A stretch of DNA of 64,000 nucleotides from Ruditapes philippinarum (lineage: Eukaryota). Position numbers and translations under genes: made by a program. The stretch spans positions 1-64,000 of the forward strand of contig NW_026863104.1 of NCBI RefSeq assembly GCF_026571515.1, read 5' to 3'. Shown here piece after piece: positions 1 to 13,020 of the stretch. Under the pieces are notes generated by a model, which worked only from the letters and a program-made list of their open reading frames with translations, was not told where the DNA came from and did not search any database. Position 1 is the first letter of the stretch, and each line of letters opens with the position of its first letter.

Positions 1-707
1 AAATTTTGTCTATTTTTTCACTTTGACTTTGTCTAGGACATAAGTCTAAAAACTATAAGAGGTATCAACATGAAACTTTGTAAGTAGATAGATCTCATTA
101 AGAGGGTTTGCAGAACACAAGAACTGTAACACTGTCTTGTCTACTTTTGGAGTTATTGCCCTTTGTTTATTTTGACGCTTTGAACATTGTCCGGGACATA
201 ACTCTGAAATTATAAGAGATAGTAACATGAAACTTTGTAGATAGATAGGTATCATTGGGTAGAAGTGCAGTGCTAAAGAATCATTACCCTGCCTTGCCTT
301 ATTTTGAAGTTATTGCCCTTTGTTTATTTTTACTTTTTGACTTTTGTCCGGACATAACTCTAAAACTATTAGATATATCAACATGAAATTCTGTAGGTAG
401 CTAGATATCATTGGATTGAACTGCAATGCTTAAATAACCTAAACAAAGCCTTGTCTAATTTTGGAGTTATTGCCCTTTGTTCATTTTAACATTTTGAATT
501 TTACCCGGGACATAGCTCTGAAACTATAAGTGATATCATTAGGAAACTTTATAGATAGATAGATCTCATTGAATAGAAGTGCATTGCAAAAAAGCATAAC
601 TCCGCCTTGCCTTATTTTAGAGTTTTTGTCCTTTGTTCATTTTTTCATACTTTCCTGTGTCCAAAACCTTCTCGGGGAGCATCACCCGGTTCAACCGGTT
701 CTTGTGT
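1..707 (+). repeat. ~157-bp tandem satellite array (4+ units) ending in a short hairpin; 3' part of a Helentron/HINE-type non-autonomous element
   Basis: Unit 'tgtccggacataactctaaaactataagagatatcaacatgaaactttgtag...ttttggagttattgccctttgtt' recurs at about 30, 188, 345 and 503. It ends in 'ggggagcatcacccggttcaaccggttcttgt' (hairpin-like terminus). Family assignment is from architecture only. Confidence 0.75.
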
Positions 708-2284
708 CTTATATGGTGCATTAAGTTTGTTGTAGACATCACTTGCGATGCTAAAGTAGCCCAGCAGGTCACACAAAAACAGGTGACGGCACAAGTGTAC
801 CCTATCGACATATGAAACTAAACCTAATTTTCCGTTAGGTGTTTACGTAATATCTGAAGGATTATAAGTAACAGTAAACGATTAAATAAGTTAAAATGAG
901 AAAGCAGAGCGAACAAATGTAGCTGTTTAAAGTGTTTATTTTTTCTTTTAAGTTTCTAACCGACTGAATTGGCTTTGTCGTTGTCCTATATTTGGTATGT
1001 GTTTTCTAATTGGTTAAAGACTAGAGAAGGCGATGCAAGATGACCAATGCCTTTGAACTCTTTTTTTTTAATTTTTCAGAAACATAGGTTGCCCATTTAT
1101 TTTCCCCGTAATTGGTGCAGTGGGGTCGGAGAGCCATCTCCTACTGTACCTTACATTATTATTTCATGGCATATATCACCATATTATATCTAAAACATTT
1201 AAGTGACATTAAGCTCATTTTTTGCAATGTCAAGTTGAGTTTTATTGACTATAGATTTCAAGATTGACAATAATAATGGTGCTTGACAACAGTTGATATA
1301 AGAAAAAGTTTTGGATAAAATATATATCTGCCTAAAACATAAAGACTGTCCCATTCTTTTATTAAATAGAATTTTATCCCTCGACAGATATCTCCAAAAC
1401 ATTCTTTGAGACATACGAGTTACGGAATATATTGAAAAACTGAAACGAATCATGGTAAAAATGTAAGGTTATTTCGACTTTCACCTGTTTATTCACTATT
1501 TACCTTTGGATGGGTATAATGTCACTTTAACTAAATAGATACAATATTGATATGCTAATATAATCATTAATAGCTAAAATGGGTACTTTGTGTATTTTTA
1601 AAGTAGTCTATTGCTGAATAAACATTTTCCTTTATTCTTTGAATTATATATGTGAAAGAAGGCAATGTAAAGATAACCTCATTTTAAAACAAAATACTAA
1701 AGATATTACTACACAGCAGTGTTGCATATACATGTAAGTTATTGAATTTAAAGCAACAAGTATATGGAAAAGGCAAAAACAATTTTGAGGTTAAAATTCA
1801 TCTCATTCAGAGGAAAAAATTTTCATTTTCCTAAACAAGTCTTCACTAAAAAGAAAAAAAGAAAGGATTGTTGGTGTAAACTTGGAGGATTTACTTCAAA
1901 ATTATTGAAATTCTCTAAATATTAGTAAAGGTCACTGATGGAAGGTCTGTCAGGAAAGTGGAGTGTCTTAATAATATTAATAATTAAACAAGGGGTATCG
2001 ACTTCTTAATAATATTAATGATTAAACAGTCTCACTAACCTTTGATTTTTGTAAGCACAGATTTGGCAATGATTGAAATTTCACATTCAACTTCAGCTTC
2101 AGACGTGAAAATGTTTTATGTCATGGTTATAAACGGTGCAATAAATACTGCATGGTTTTTAGTTAAAGCATCCGTAATCAAAAGGTTTTTTTGGGAACGA
2201 GTATTTTATACTTTCTCCTTACTTTCTAGGAAATGAATTTCAATTTAATTTACATTTGAACGAATTTGCATTTTACTCTTTTAG

Positions 2285-2809
2285 GCCTTGGGGACACGTG
2301 TGGCGATAACGCGGACTGTTCCGGTGTTAGTAACTCTGAATGTAGTACAAATTGTGTGTGCAGCTCAGGTTATACACAGAGCGGTTCAATTTGTAGCACT
2401 GGAAGTCGTGGTGAGTTCATGACAAATTAAATCTATTTATTTATTTATTTATTCCTAAATTGCTATGCTTTGAAGTGATTTAACAGTGATTCATAATTTG
2501 ACATTCTAAGCATTGTCCGTATAAAACAATTTATCTACTTTACTTTGTACCAAAACCAATCATGCCACTGACATATCAGAATAACCTTAATTGATGTACT
2601 TTGCTCTTTCTCCTAATAACACAGTCAAACAGAATATTTCACATCTGTTTTATTCATATTTTGTCTTTATAAGCAAGCTATGTTTTATCTGCTTCATGAT
2701 TTAGAAAATATATTGCATGATTTCTTTTCTCTTTTCAGGTATGTCAAATTTGCCATTATCAATATCATTATTTGTAAGTGTGTTGGCTGTTATTATGAAA
2801 ATGTGTTAG
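2285..2809 (+). CDS. Last two coding exons of a Cys-rich EB-module (EGF-like) cell-surface protein with a hydrophobic GPI-anchor-like C-terminus; upstream exons not identified
   Basis: Exon 2285-2410 (ttag|...|gtgagt, 126 nt, phase 1-1) = LGDTCGDNADCSGVSNSECSTNCVCSSGYTQSGSICSTGSR, with six Cys. Exon 2739-2809 (tttcag|) continues in phase as GMSNLPLSISLFVSVLAVIMKMC*. A further donor gtaagt follows at 2844. Confidence 0.8.
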
Positions 2810-2929
2810 ATACGGGATGACAATTCGCCGAGACATATAATTGGTAAGTAATCACCTACTCAGTTACATTAAACTGATAATGGTAATATAAAAGGGCGCT
2901 TAATTCCCAAATTTTTACATTATTGAAAT

Positions 2930-3350
2930 GACGGTCATACCTTTCATGTGATTGCTCCTAAGTGCTGGATGTCAATTAAGTAGACTGCTCCTTAAAGTTG
3001 TATGTCTAAACTATGGTATGGTTGCTCAGGGTTTGAGATTATACCTTTAAGTATGATTGCTCCTTTCAGTTGGCGGTCATACCTTTTTGGTTTGATCGTT
3101 CCCTGAAGTTGGTGGTCATACATTTTGTTCCGATTGCTCCTAGGGGTTAGGGTTATACCTGTTGGAGGCCATACATTTTTTATGATTCCTTTTGTGAACT
3201 GGGCTGGAGGTCATATCTTTTGGTATAATTTGCTCCAAGAGGTTGGGGTAGCATACCTGTTAGCATGATTGCTCATTTGGGTGAAGGGTCGTTTTTTTAT
3301 AATTTGCTCTTTGGGGGAGGGGGTCATACATTTTGGTAGTTTTGTCCTCT
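2930..3350. repeat. Degenerate ~38-40 bp minisatellite
   Basis: Motif 'ggtcataccttt...gattgctcc' recurs roughly ten times with divergence. Confidence 0.6.
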
Positions 3351-4497
3351 TTGGTACTTGGTACTGCACATGCGTAAAAGGGGAGATTAACCCGTCAACC
3401 CGACTCTAGGGCTTGCCGTTTCGGGGAAGCAAAAAGTATCTGCGAATGTTATGTAATCGATTGGCACCAAGAAAACGCAAGGTTTGCAGGAGTTCAAGAA
3501 ACAATCGCAAGTCACCTGATAACCCTGTTTTTGGATATACGCTCGTATAAAGTGAGATAAGTGACTTTGACCATAGTTCATAATACGGTTTTGTTTGTAT
3601 GGTAACACCATGATTAACAAGGCTGAACTGCGAGTTATATTAATAAGGAGAACGATAATAATGAAAAGCACTGAGTGATAAACATATTTATTCTAAGACT
3701 TTCACTTTTTCGAATGTTATTATTTTAAAATACATTATGTTTCAGTTTATTTACAAGCCACGCTTCTCATGTTAGCAGTACAACACGGTACATTACTACA
3801 AAATATTGAATAATGTGCATATACGTGTACATCTTTAAAGGTACTATAAATCAGCTTCTTTAAAGCATGCACAGTCTCCCAATAGGTAATTACTAGTATC
3901 TGGCTCTGACGTGTTGTAAATCCCTTGCAGCGCATGTGCACCCCCCCCCCCCCCCCAGTACACACACACGCACACACCTTGCAAAAAAGGGAAATGGTAT
4001 GAAGATGATGTCCAACAATTTCCATTAACCTCAAAGTGTTATACACAAAACAGAATTGCGTTGCTTAAAAGAAAGTTATCCTTTATTTAAATAATGCAGC
4101 ATGTTATAATATATTAATATTTACGACAGATTATGTACCCAATCATAAAACGGTTGAAAACTTATATTACACAAGTCCTAAGTGAGTGATATATGAGCAA
4201 ACTACCATTTATACACAGTCATACTACCCTTCAACAGTCTTAATAGCGAATTAATAATACAACACAATTGTTTTGACTAATCAAGATTGATAATAAGATA
4301 TAAGTTCTCAGCAGCATTATGTTTTGATTATTTTGACGTCACGATTATCAAAAAAAATGAAGTAATAAACGTGCATTATTTTACGAGTATGTATTTTATG
4401 TAACATCACAGATAACCAGTATATTAAAGACATGCCCTTGAGTACATTTGTCTGTAACATGTTTCATTTATTTCAGGACGAGAACAAGACAAGTAGT

Positions 4498-5064
4498 GTA
4501 GGACTGATTATCAATGATAACTTCACAGTTAAAGATAAAACACATCTTGCACGGGAAACAGATGATGGCCACTATCTGGAACGTATAGGATTGATTATTA
4601 ATGATAACTTTACAGTTGTAGTCTTACATTTGAAACTAGTGATCGCGACTATCTGTCGTGTAGGATTAATTATCAATGATAACTTTAAAGTTTAAGATAA
4701 AACACATCTTACACGGGGAACAGATGATGGCGTTTGTCTGTAACTTGTAGGATTGATTATCAATGATAACTTTAAAGTCTAAGATAAAACACATCTTGCA
4801 CGTGAAACAGATGATGGCGTTTGTCTGTAACTTGTAGGATTGATTATCAATGATAACTTTAAAGTTTAAGATAAAACACATTTTGCACGTGAAACAGATG
4901 AAAGCGTCTGTCTGGAACATGTAGGACTGATTATCAATGATAACTTTAAAGTTTAAGATAAAACACATCTTGCACGGGGAACAGATGATGGCGTTTGTCT
5001 GTAACTTGTAGGATTGATTATCAATGATAGCTTTAAAGTCTAAGATAAAACACATCTTGCACGA
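4498..5064. repeat. 87-bp tandem repeat (about 4.7 near-perfect units plus 2 degenerate units)
   Basis: Unit starts 'gtagga(t/c)tgattatcaatgataactt' at 4660, 4747, 4834, 4921 and 5008 (period 87). Degenerate copies start at 4498. Confidence 0.9.
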
Positions 5065-6460
5065 TAATTGAACACACTATGACTGGAATAAGTATTAGAT
5101 TATATTATGTAGCAGTAATCTACGAACAACTGGTTATACACAGTGCTTGCTTGTTGACAGCAATTGTCACTTTGACTTGGGGTTTAAAATATCATCTCCT
5201 TTTTTGGAATGATGGCTGACTATCTGTCTTTTTTTTATATGTCTATGACGCGAGAATTGTTATTATTCATATAAATTTCATTTTTGTGTTCTTTCTTTTT
5301 ATTATAACTTTCATTTAAACATTTTTTTTGTGTTGTGTCTGGTTTATAACTTTCATTTAAATTTTATTTTGCGTTATATCTTTGTTATAACAGGTTAACT
5401 ATTCCATTTTGATGTGTTGTTTTTGTTAACGTGTTTATTGTGTTCTTTAATGTATTATTTATTGTTATTATTCCATTGAACTTATTCTAATACGTCATTT
5501 AACTTCATCATTTTTACATAACATTATACTAAGTCTTGATACATTAAAAAAGGATACAAATGCAGGTTGAAATAAAGATTCACAATTATTCTTGAGCTTC
5601 TGTAACTTACTACATACTATCATGACATAATGACATCTGTTATGTCATGTAATACATTTGTTGATGTTACCAGGCGTATTTATCACGCCACTCTGTTGCG
5701 TGAAAAATAAACAACAGAAACTAAACAAAAGCCAACATTATTGAAACTCGTAGACACATTCAAATCATGCAATACCTGATTAAAAGTCTGCAATAAACTG
5801 AATAAACCTTTGATCATGATTTCTAGGAATAAAAGGAGTTAAAGATTGCTTGTCTTTTTCCGTCTTTTTTCATTAATTATAAATTTATTATTATTATTAC
5901 ACTTAGTCTATATAAACTGATTTAAAAAGCCCTGACTTGCTTTATCTTTGATAAATAAATATTTGTTATGGCTAAAAGATATCAAACTTCTGTTTGTTTT
6001 TTCTTAATAAATCTTTTTAATTTAGGGTACGTATTTGTGCAACGACATATGTGAACGTATGTAAACGTGAGGATGTGAACGTATGTAAACGTGAGGACTC
6101 TTTTGATCACATATAAATATCATATATAATTTATAACCATCCTTTTCAAAATGTAAATAGCAAACTACCCAATGAAGTAACTCGGCATAAATTTGTTAAA
6201 CACAGCGTGTTTATATGTTAAGCAATGACAAGGATAAAATAAAACAGCTTTCTTGACATTTTTTAATATTAGATATTAACATTGAGTATAATAGAGCCTG
6301 GTCGGAGTGCACGGGCTTTTCATACTGATCTGGCTATGTACTGGTAGCAAAGGCTAATCACTGTTGGGTCAACAAGGTTAAGAGTTAAAGTTTGTAATGA
6401 TCCGTTTGAAGAATGTATAACAATAGGAGAAATAAGCACACCAATTGTTGAATAGCTTAA

Positions 6461-6808
6461 AGCTGCACGCCTCCAGATAAGCCAAATATTTCAAGACAAT
6501 CAATATTGAGAAACATGAACTAACATTTTAAGAAAGGTAAAAACATTCAAGATCCAAGTTATATTTTACATGTTAAGTGCGGTTCAAGACTGATTTTGCA
6601 GTATTTTGTTACCATACTTCTACTGCGTTAGTAATGCAGTGAGTGCTGTTTTTTGCATATGTTGACGACTTTTTGGAAATTTTCTTAGATTGCAAGTGTC
6701 GATTGCAATATGTTATTTACTTTACTTGTTCAACTCACAATATTTTGCTATGAAAATACATTCCAAATTTTTCATGAAAATAAACATGAAATCTGGAGGC
6801 GTGCTGCT
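6461..6808. mobile_element. Kolobok-type non-autonomous DNA transposon (MITE)
   Basis: TIRs agctgcacgcctccagat / atctggaggcgtgctgct (1 mismatch), flanked by TTAA at 6457-6460 and 6809-6812. AG..CT termini with a TTAA target fit Kolobok. Confidence 0.8.
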
Positions 6809-7005
6809 TTAAATGAATTTAATTAAGAAAACTGTCTAAAACATTTTGTGAAGCAAAACCGTTTCAATGTCACAATCTTAATTACAATCATTCGTCTCAA
6901 AACCATCGCACAACATTTTATAACTCTCATTTAATAAAAAAGCATATCGTTTTCTTTCGAAAACCTAACGAAGAGCCATATATGACATTTGCGCTGACAA
7001 TATAT

Positions 7006-7239
7006 GAGCCGTGCCATGACAAAACCAACATAGTGCGTTTGCGACCAGCATGGGTCCAGACCAGCCTGCGCATCCGCGCACTCTTCAGGATCCATGCTGT
7101 TCGCTATCAGTTTCTCTACTTGTTATAGATTTTGGTAAGCGAACAGCATGGATCCTGATCAGACTGCGCGAATACGCAGGCTGGTCTGGATCCATGCTAG
7201 TCGCAAACGCACTATGTTGGTTTTGTCGTGACGCGGCTC
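7006..7239. mobile_element. Fold-back MITE, Sola-type (GAG..CTC termini, AWWT TSD)
   Basis: Inverted arms of ~100 bp (gagccgtgccatgacaaaaccaac...gttggttttgtcgtgacgcggctc) with ATAT duplicated on both sides. The same family occurs at 44449-44683 and as a half copy at 34145-34258. Confidence 0.85.
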
Positions 7240-9496
7240 ATATACTTGTAATCAGTATGCAAATGACCGATTTATAATGTGTGGAACAGACTTGCTGTTA
7301 AATAAGAAATTATAGCAAAGTGTAGATTTTTTGCGCGAATTAAATACTAGTAAGTGTCATGTAAATTAAAAGAAAAAAAACAGTACGTAGAAATTGCCGA
7401 GTATCTACCCAAGCCATTTAGGTGACGTGAAGAGGGGAGACCACTCGTGAAGTATGTCATCTACCCGACAATAAAGGAGAGATCACTTCGTGAAAATTGT
7501 AATGACGTGCCTTTAATTACGTACCAACGTTTATGACGTCATTACGTTAACAACCAAATCATTTAGCGACGCCAATTTGACAAGATCTGCAGCTTAATTC
7601 AGCTGTCATCCTTTATTACTTGTAAGAAAAAATATAAGAATGGACACTGTATATCAGCCTTCATATATCTTTTCGCAGAACGGAACTCTGATGTAAGTTT
7701 ATCTTTTCTTTATTTTTGCCGATCATCAAACAAATGGAGAAGTGATTTGAATTCCGATTGAAAATTAAATAGATCTATTCCTTTGTGAAAAAGTGAAGAT
7801 GAATTATTGTAAAGTATTTTACTTATCAAAACTTATGTTGTTCACTTCAAATAGCTACAAATGATTAATGTAACTATCGTTAGTGATAAAAAGTGAATAA
7901 ATATAGACAATTCACTTCAATTGTAACAATAAAATGTTCTTAAATATGATTGATTAATCATATTTTATTCAATTTTTTTGCAGAACCAATCGGTTTGTTG
8001 AGTTTCGGAAGCTGTGTGAATTATTTGCTGATGAAATTATAAAAGGACGAGATCCTTCAGCAATGATATTAACCAAGATCACAAAATTCCCGCCTCTTAG
8101 ATGTAACAAATAATTACCATTATATAATTATAAGTTTATTTCTTTCTCTTTTTCATATACATGTATATTAATTTTTATATTATTTCATTTGTTTTTTAAT
8201 AAGTTATTAAGCATTGATTTATCCACGCAAATTTGTGTTCATTCCTTTTTTTCAATATTGATTAATAAATCTGGAGTATATTCATGCATATGTACATTCT
8301 TTACTCGATATTGATAAATCTGGAGTACATTTATTCATGCGTACAGTCTTTTTTCAATATTGATATTTTCATACATATGTACTTTCTTTACTCAATATTG
8401 ATTAATGAAATGGAATATATTCATGCAAGTGCGCATTGTAGGAGCACATTTGTCTCGGAGCACATTTGTCTCACGAAGTGTGACCGATGTGCTCGTAAAC
8501 ATTCATATTTGCGACAAATTGGATATGAGACAGATGTGTCCGACACACAATAGAAAGGACACTCGAAGCACATTTGTCTCACATTTTTCCATAAAATTCT
8601 TAAAAGGTAACAATTATGCCCATCTGTATACCGGCTACCAGCCATTGTTCTGTGTTTTCTGTATTTATAATACCGTTTTAGGTCACTTCCGGTCAGTCAA
8701 AAACTTCCTGCCTCTGCATAGGAGTCATATATTTAATTAAAGAATATCCCTGTTCTGCATGTCACAATGAAAATTTCTACAAGTGCAGCACACATATGCA
8801 GCAAGTCTTTTCTTATCTTTATTAATTGTGATACGTTTATTTTCAATGCTTAAAGTTTTATAAATGATTAATGGCACTAGAAATATTATTAGCAACAACA
8901 AGGTAGTATCTACGGTGGCATAAAGGGGACCTAATGATTTTCTTATCTATAACCTGCGCACACGATAGCTATTACGTGGCCACGCGATACTATTACGTGT
9001 GCACGCGAAAAATATTATGTTTTAAAGGGATAGTTTTTGTTTGCGCACGCGATAACTATTTCGTGCGTTCGCGGATAGGTATTCCGCATTTGGACCCTGA
9101 CCGGGATCCTCGCATGAATAGTTCGACGCCCCGTGTATGTGTCGAACCTACAGCGGTAAGGGGCAAGTGGTTTTTGAAATCAGTCGGCTACGGAGGCTCT
9201 TAAATGATCTATGGAAGAAAATTAGAAGACCATTACACATGTATTTTTTTTTTCATCAGAAATATATGTATAAAACAATCGTCATTTTCCAAGAATTGCG
9301 GCTTTCAGATCCGCCATTGAAAAAGCATTTACAACATGCACGAGTTCCTAAAATAATCCGGGATAATAATTATTGAATATCGGGCCACTCAGAATCGGGC
9401 GATACGCGACATTCCGATGAGACATGAAGCGAGGCACGATATTGTAACACGACATCTCGCAATGTCGAAGTATCCCGTACCACGAGATTTCAGAAA

Positions 9497-9498
<2 letters not shown>

Positions 9499-9535
<37 letters not shown>

Positions 9536-10705
9536 TCTTTATTTAAAGAAGGTTACACATTAAGAACATACAATAGCAATCATATATATCTTATTTCCAA
9601 TGTGGCCTTCTGAAATAGAAAACAACAACAACAACAACAGGACATGCATAGGTAGCAAAATGAATGTATAATATGTAATTTTTAGCATAAAACAACTCAT
9701 ATACTTTCGACAGACACTCAACAATTTGTTTAAACATATACGTATATTGCATCATTTGTTCGTTCGTTCATTCGTTTGTACATTTATTCATTCATTCATT
9801 CACTCATTCATATGAACATCAAGATATGATTTGTATTTTTTAAAAAACATTTGAGGTTATTAACATTACGAATATTTAAAGGTATATTGTTCCAAATGTT
9901 CATGCCATAATAAGAAAATGTGTCTTTAATATAATTTGTTTTAGGTCCTGTCCATAATACAATATATTTTCGTGACCTAGATCTTAAGTTATATATTTTG
10001 TTGTCGGATAAAGTCATCAGTTCTGTCATATAAGTCGGTGCCATGTTATTTAAAGTTTTAAAACCAAGCACTGCCGTGTGGTATTTACATCTGTCAGGGA
10101 ACGGGAACCAGTTAAGAGCTTCGAATAGCTTCATTGACGGAGATCTTTGTGGTTGCTGTAAAATGATTTTAGCAATTCGTTTTTGTAAATTACAAAAATT
10201 ATTTATGTAGTTTGTGTTTCCTTTACCCCATATAATACAACAATAGTCTATAATAGGCAATATACATGTATATGCATTGTAAAACAATAATTTCATATCA
10301 AAGTGAAAAAAACACGATATTTTTTTCAATAAGGCAATTTTTCCGTTAAGTTTTTTTACAAACATTGTCAATTTGCAAGTGCCATTTTAAGTTGTTATCT
10401 ATGCAAATACCCAGGACTTTTTGATCAGTTACATTTTCAAGAACTATTTCATTTATCTTAAGATACGATTTTCTCATAATATTTACTTTTTGTCTTGTTC
10501 CTATTACCATACATTTTGATTTATCTGGATTTAAGGCCATATTATTTATTTTGCACCATTTCTTAATGTTATTTAAATGATCTTGAGGTTTTTCTTTTAC
10601 TTTTGATATATTTTCTCCGGACTCATAAAGAGTAGAATCGTCTGCGTATAAATCAATTTTTATATCATTACCAATGAAAGCTATGTCATTTATGTATATT
10701 AGAAT
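9499..10705 (-). mobile_element. 5'-truncated CR1/L2-clade LINE (RT C-terminal half, 3' UTR, microsatellite tail), nested in the TIR element
   Basis: Minus-strand DLYADDST near 10645, followed by LNPDKSKCMVI, LGICIDNNLKW and LPIIDYCCIIWG (ORFs 10346-10540 and 9808-10371, frameshifted). (AAT)n at 9499-9535 marks the tail. Confidence 0.85.
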
Positions 10706-11257
10706 TATTAGAATAAATTTATACTTCTTTAGATATGGTAAGTGTGAATTTATAAATATTCAAATAATGATTTCTGAGGAAGTTAGATGCTTGTAACTTT
10801 TTGGAGCTATAAAAGTATACCAAAATAACTACAAATAAAATAATTTCTTAGGCATAATGGACCTTTAAGTGATTTTACAGTAACAAATGTGACGCTAGAA
10901 TTGTTTCTTAGAATAAACATGACCCCTACTTTTCTCATAATTTTATATCAGTTTTATCAGTTTGATCATAAACTCTTTAAAATGAGATAGGTATTTGTTC
11001 TCTAAAACGGGTCTAGCTATGTTTTGTAGCTCTTTGAAAAATGTCAGTTTTAGGTAGACTATAAAGGGAATACTATTTAGCGGTAAATGACCTGGAATAA
11101 ATTTTTTCTTGTCTCGCGTCGACGAACGAGATGCGAAGCGAGACACGAGATTTCGGCGAGTTGCAAAACAAGTCACGATATTGTATCATTCAATATCAAC
11201 CGATTACGTTGTTCCATTTGGACATAAGTAACATTTTTGTCTCCCTGAACAGCTATG

Positions 11258-11612
11258 CACGATGGTACGATGATTCATTGAGATGGTACGATGATTAAGA
11301 CACGATGACATGATGGTGAAATTACGATGATGCGATGACACGATAGAGAAAATAATATCGCGTTTTCATCATCATGTCATCGCAGTTTCATCATATCGTA
11401 CCATCGTACTTTCACCATCGTAACATCGTCTTTCACCATAGTACCATCACGTTTTCATCATCGAGCCTTCGTTGTTTCGCCATCGTACAATCGTTGTTTC
11501 ACAAACGTACAATCGTTGTTTCACTTCCGCACCATTGTGTTTTCACCATTGCACCATCGCGTTTTCATCAACGTACCATCGTGTCATCGCACTGTCACCA
11601 TTGTACCATCGT
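11258..11612. repeat. Degenerate short-period repeat (cgatg / catcg) with an internal orientation switch
   Basis: 'acgatggtacgatg..' to about 11345, then the reverse complement 'catcgtaccatcg..' to 11612. Confidence 0.6.
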
Positions 11613-12555
11613 GAACGGGATTTGGTATGTTTCATTGTACGCCTTCAGGTTAAGCCAATAAATTCCTTGAATTAGAGATATTAGAATTAATAGTTCCACT
11701 TTAGGTTTTCATAAAGAAAGCATTAGCAAATCTATTGATGATTACACTTGACATGAGGTTAAACGGCGAACCTCGATTCTAAAAAAGAATTTCTGCCGTG
11801 GGAAAATATGTGATAAATAATTCATATCAAATGACGTGAGACAAATGTGCTTTCTTGTCCCTTAAAATCACATGAGACAAATGTGCTTTCTTGTCCCTTA
11901 AAAAACTTGATCGGAGCACATTTGTCACACACATGTGTTTTTCTGGGTAGACATTTGAGGTCCCATTTGTCTCACGTGGGACAAATGCGACCTCATCGGT
12001 CTTAGGTAAGGCAAATGTGGTCCGAGACAAATGTGCTCCTACAGCGCATTCTTTTTTCAATATTGATTTATTGATCTAGAGTTTATTCTTGTATGCATAC
12101 TTTCTTTATCAAATGTTGATTAATCTAGAGTATATCCGTGTATGTGTATTTTTCTTTTTTAATTAATATTGATTAATCGAGGGTATATTCGTAAATGGTT
12201 TCTTTATTAAATATTGATTAATACAGAATGTATTCGTGTATACTTTCTAAAGTAAATATATCTGTTCCTGTACACACTTTTTTTATTCAGTTTTGATAAA
12301 TCCAATGTATATTTGGATCTGTCGAGAATATTTATGTACACTTTCTTTACTCAATATGTGTGTAAGTTTCTGTCTGTGTTGTCAAATCAAATATTTCTCT
12401 AAAATTTACTTTGTGACAAAATGTGTGTAAGCAATTATGTTAAGTTCAAATGTCTAAATATATTTCCGTTCAATTAGTTTTATAGACATACTAATATTGT
12501 TAAATTAAAAACTACTTAGGTTTCATTCTATTGCATATTTCTATGCAATCATTAA

Positions 12556-13020
12556 AGGCACATTATGCCTTAGAAATCAATGTTAATTAAATTCTTTGGA
12601 AGTGTCAAACATGTGTTAAATCATGTTTTGATAATAGATTTAAAGCATGTTAGATGTTTAACTGCTGAAGAAATTATCTCTGAATGTGCAGTTATGTGTC
12701 ATACACATAGCAAAATGTAAACAAAGTAGTATTTTGACTTTCTCATAAAAACTAATTCATAATAATTATACCAATTGCCAACAAAGCAAAAAATGCAAAG
12801 ATAGTTAATCTATAGGGCAAATGTTGCATCCTTTTATTACCCCTCATGTACAGACTCAATCAAACCGAGTCTGCAATTTTCATGTAATTTTGCTGTTTTA
12901 ATGCTTCCGGGGGATCACTTTTTACCAGATATTTTTTTGAAACTGTGAGAAGATATCAAAAATTTAAAACAAAGTTTTTTAGAAAAAAAAATGATAGCAT
13001 TTTAAGCCATAAAGGGCCTG
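12556..13020. mobile_element. Degenerate Kolobok-type MITE
   Basis: Starts ttaa|aggcacattatgcctta. The degenerate inverse 'aagccataaagggcct' lies near 13005-13020. The same terminus occurs at 10848-10868 and 62658-62677. Confidence 0.55.

Larger units (their letters stand above)
8437..12043. mobile_element. Non-autonomous DNA transposon with TGT..ACA TIRs and a 6-bp TSD (IS3EU/Ginger-like, superfamily unresolved), containing nested insertions
   Basis: TIR tgtaggagcacatttgtctcgga / tccgagacaaatgtgctcctaca. TSD gcgcat at 8431-8436 and 12044-12049. Many subterminal 'cacatttgtc' copies at both ends. Confidence 0.85.

Noticed and set aside
4660-5064. CRISPR-like look of the array and the 129-aa repetitive minus-strand ORF (4666-5055)
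   Set aside because: Units are contiguous with no unique spacers and no cas genes, in a eukaryotic context. The ORF follows from an 87-bp (29-codon) period.
7050-7277. ORFs MGPDQPAHPR.. and MDPDQPAHPR.. (also 44457-44844 and 34033-34272)
   Set aside because: Chance ORFs within the palindromic MITE.
11374-11675. His/Thr/Ile-rich ORFs
   Set aside because: They are translations of the catcg low-complexity repeat.
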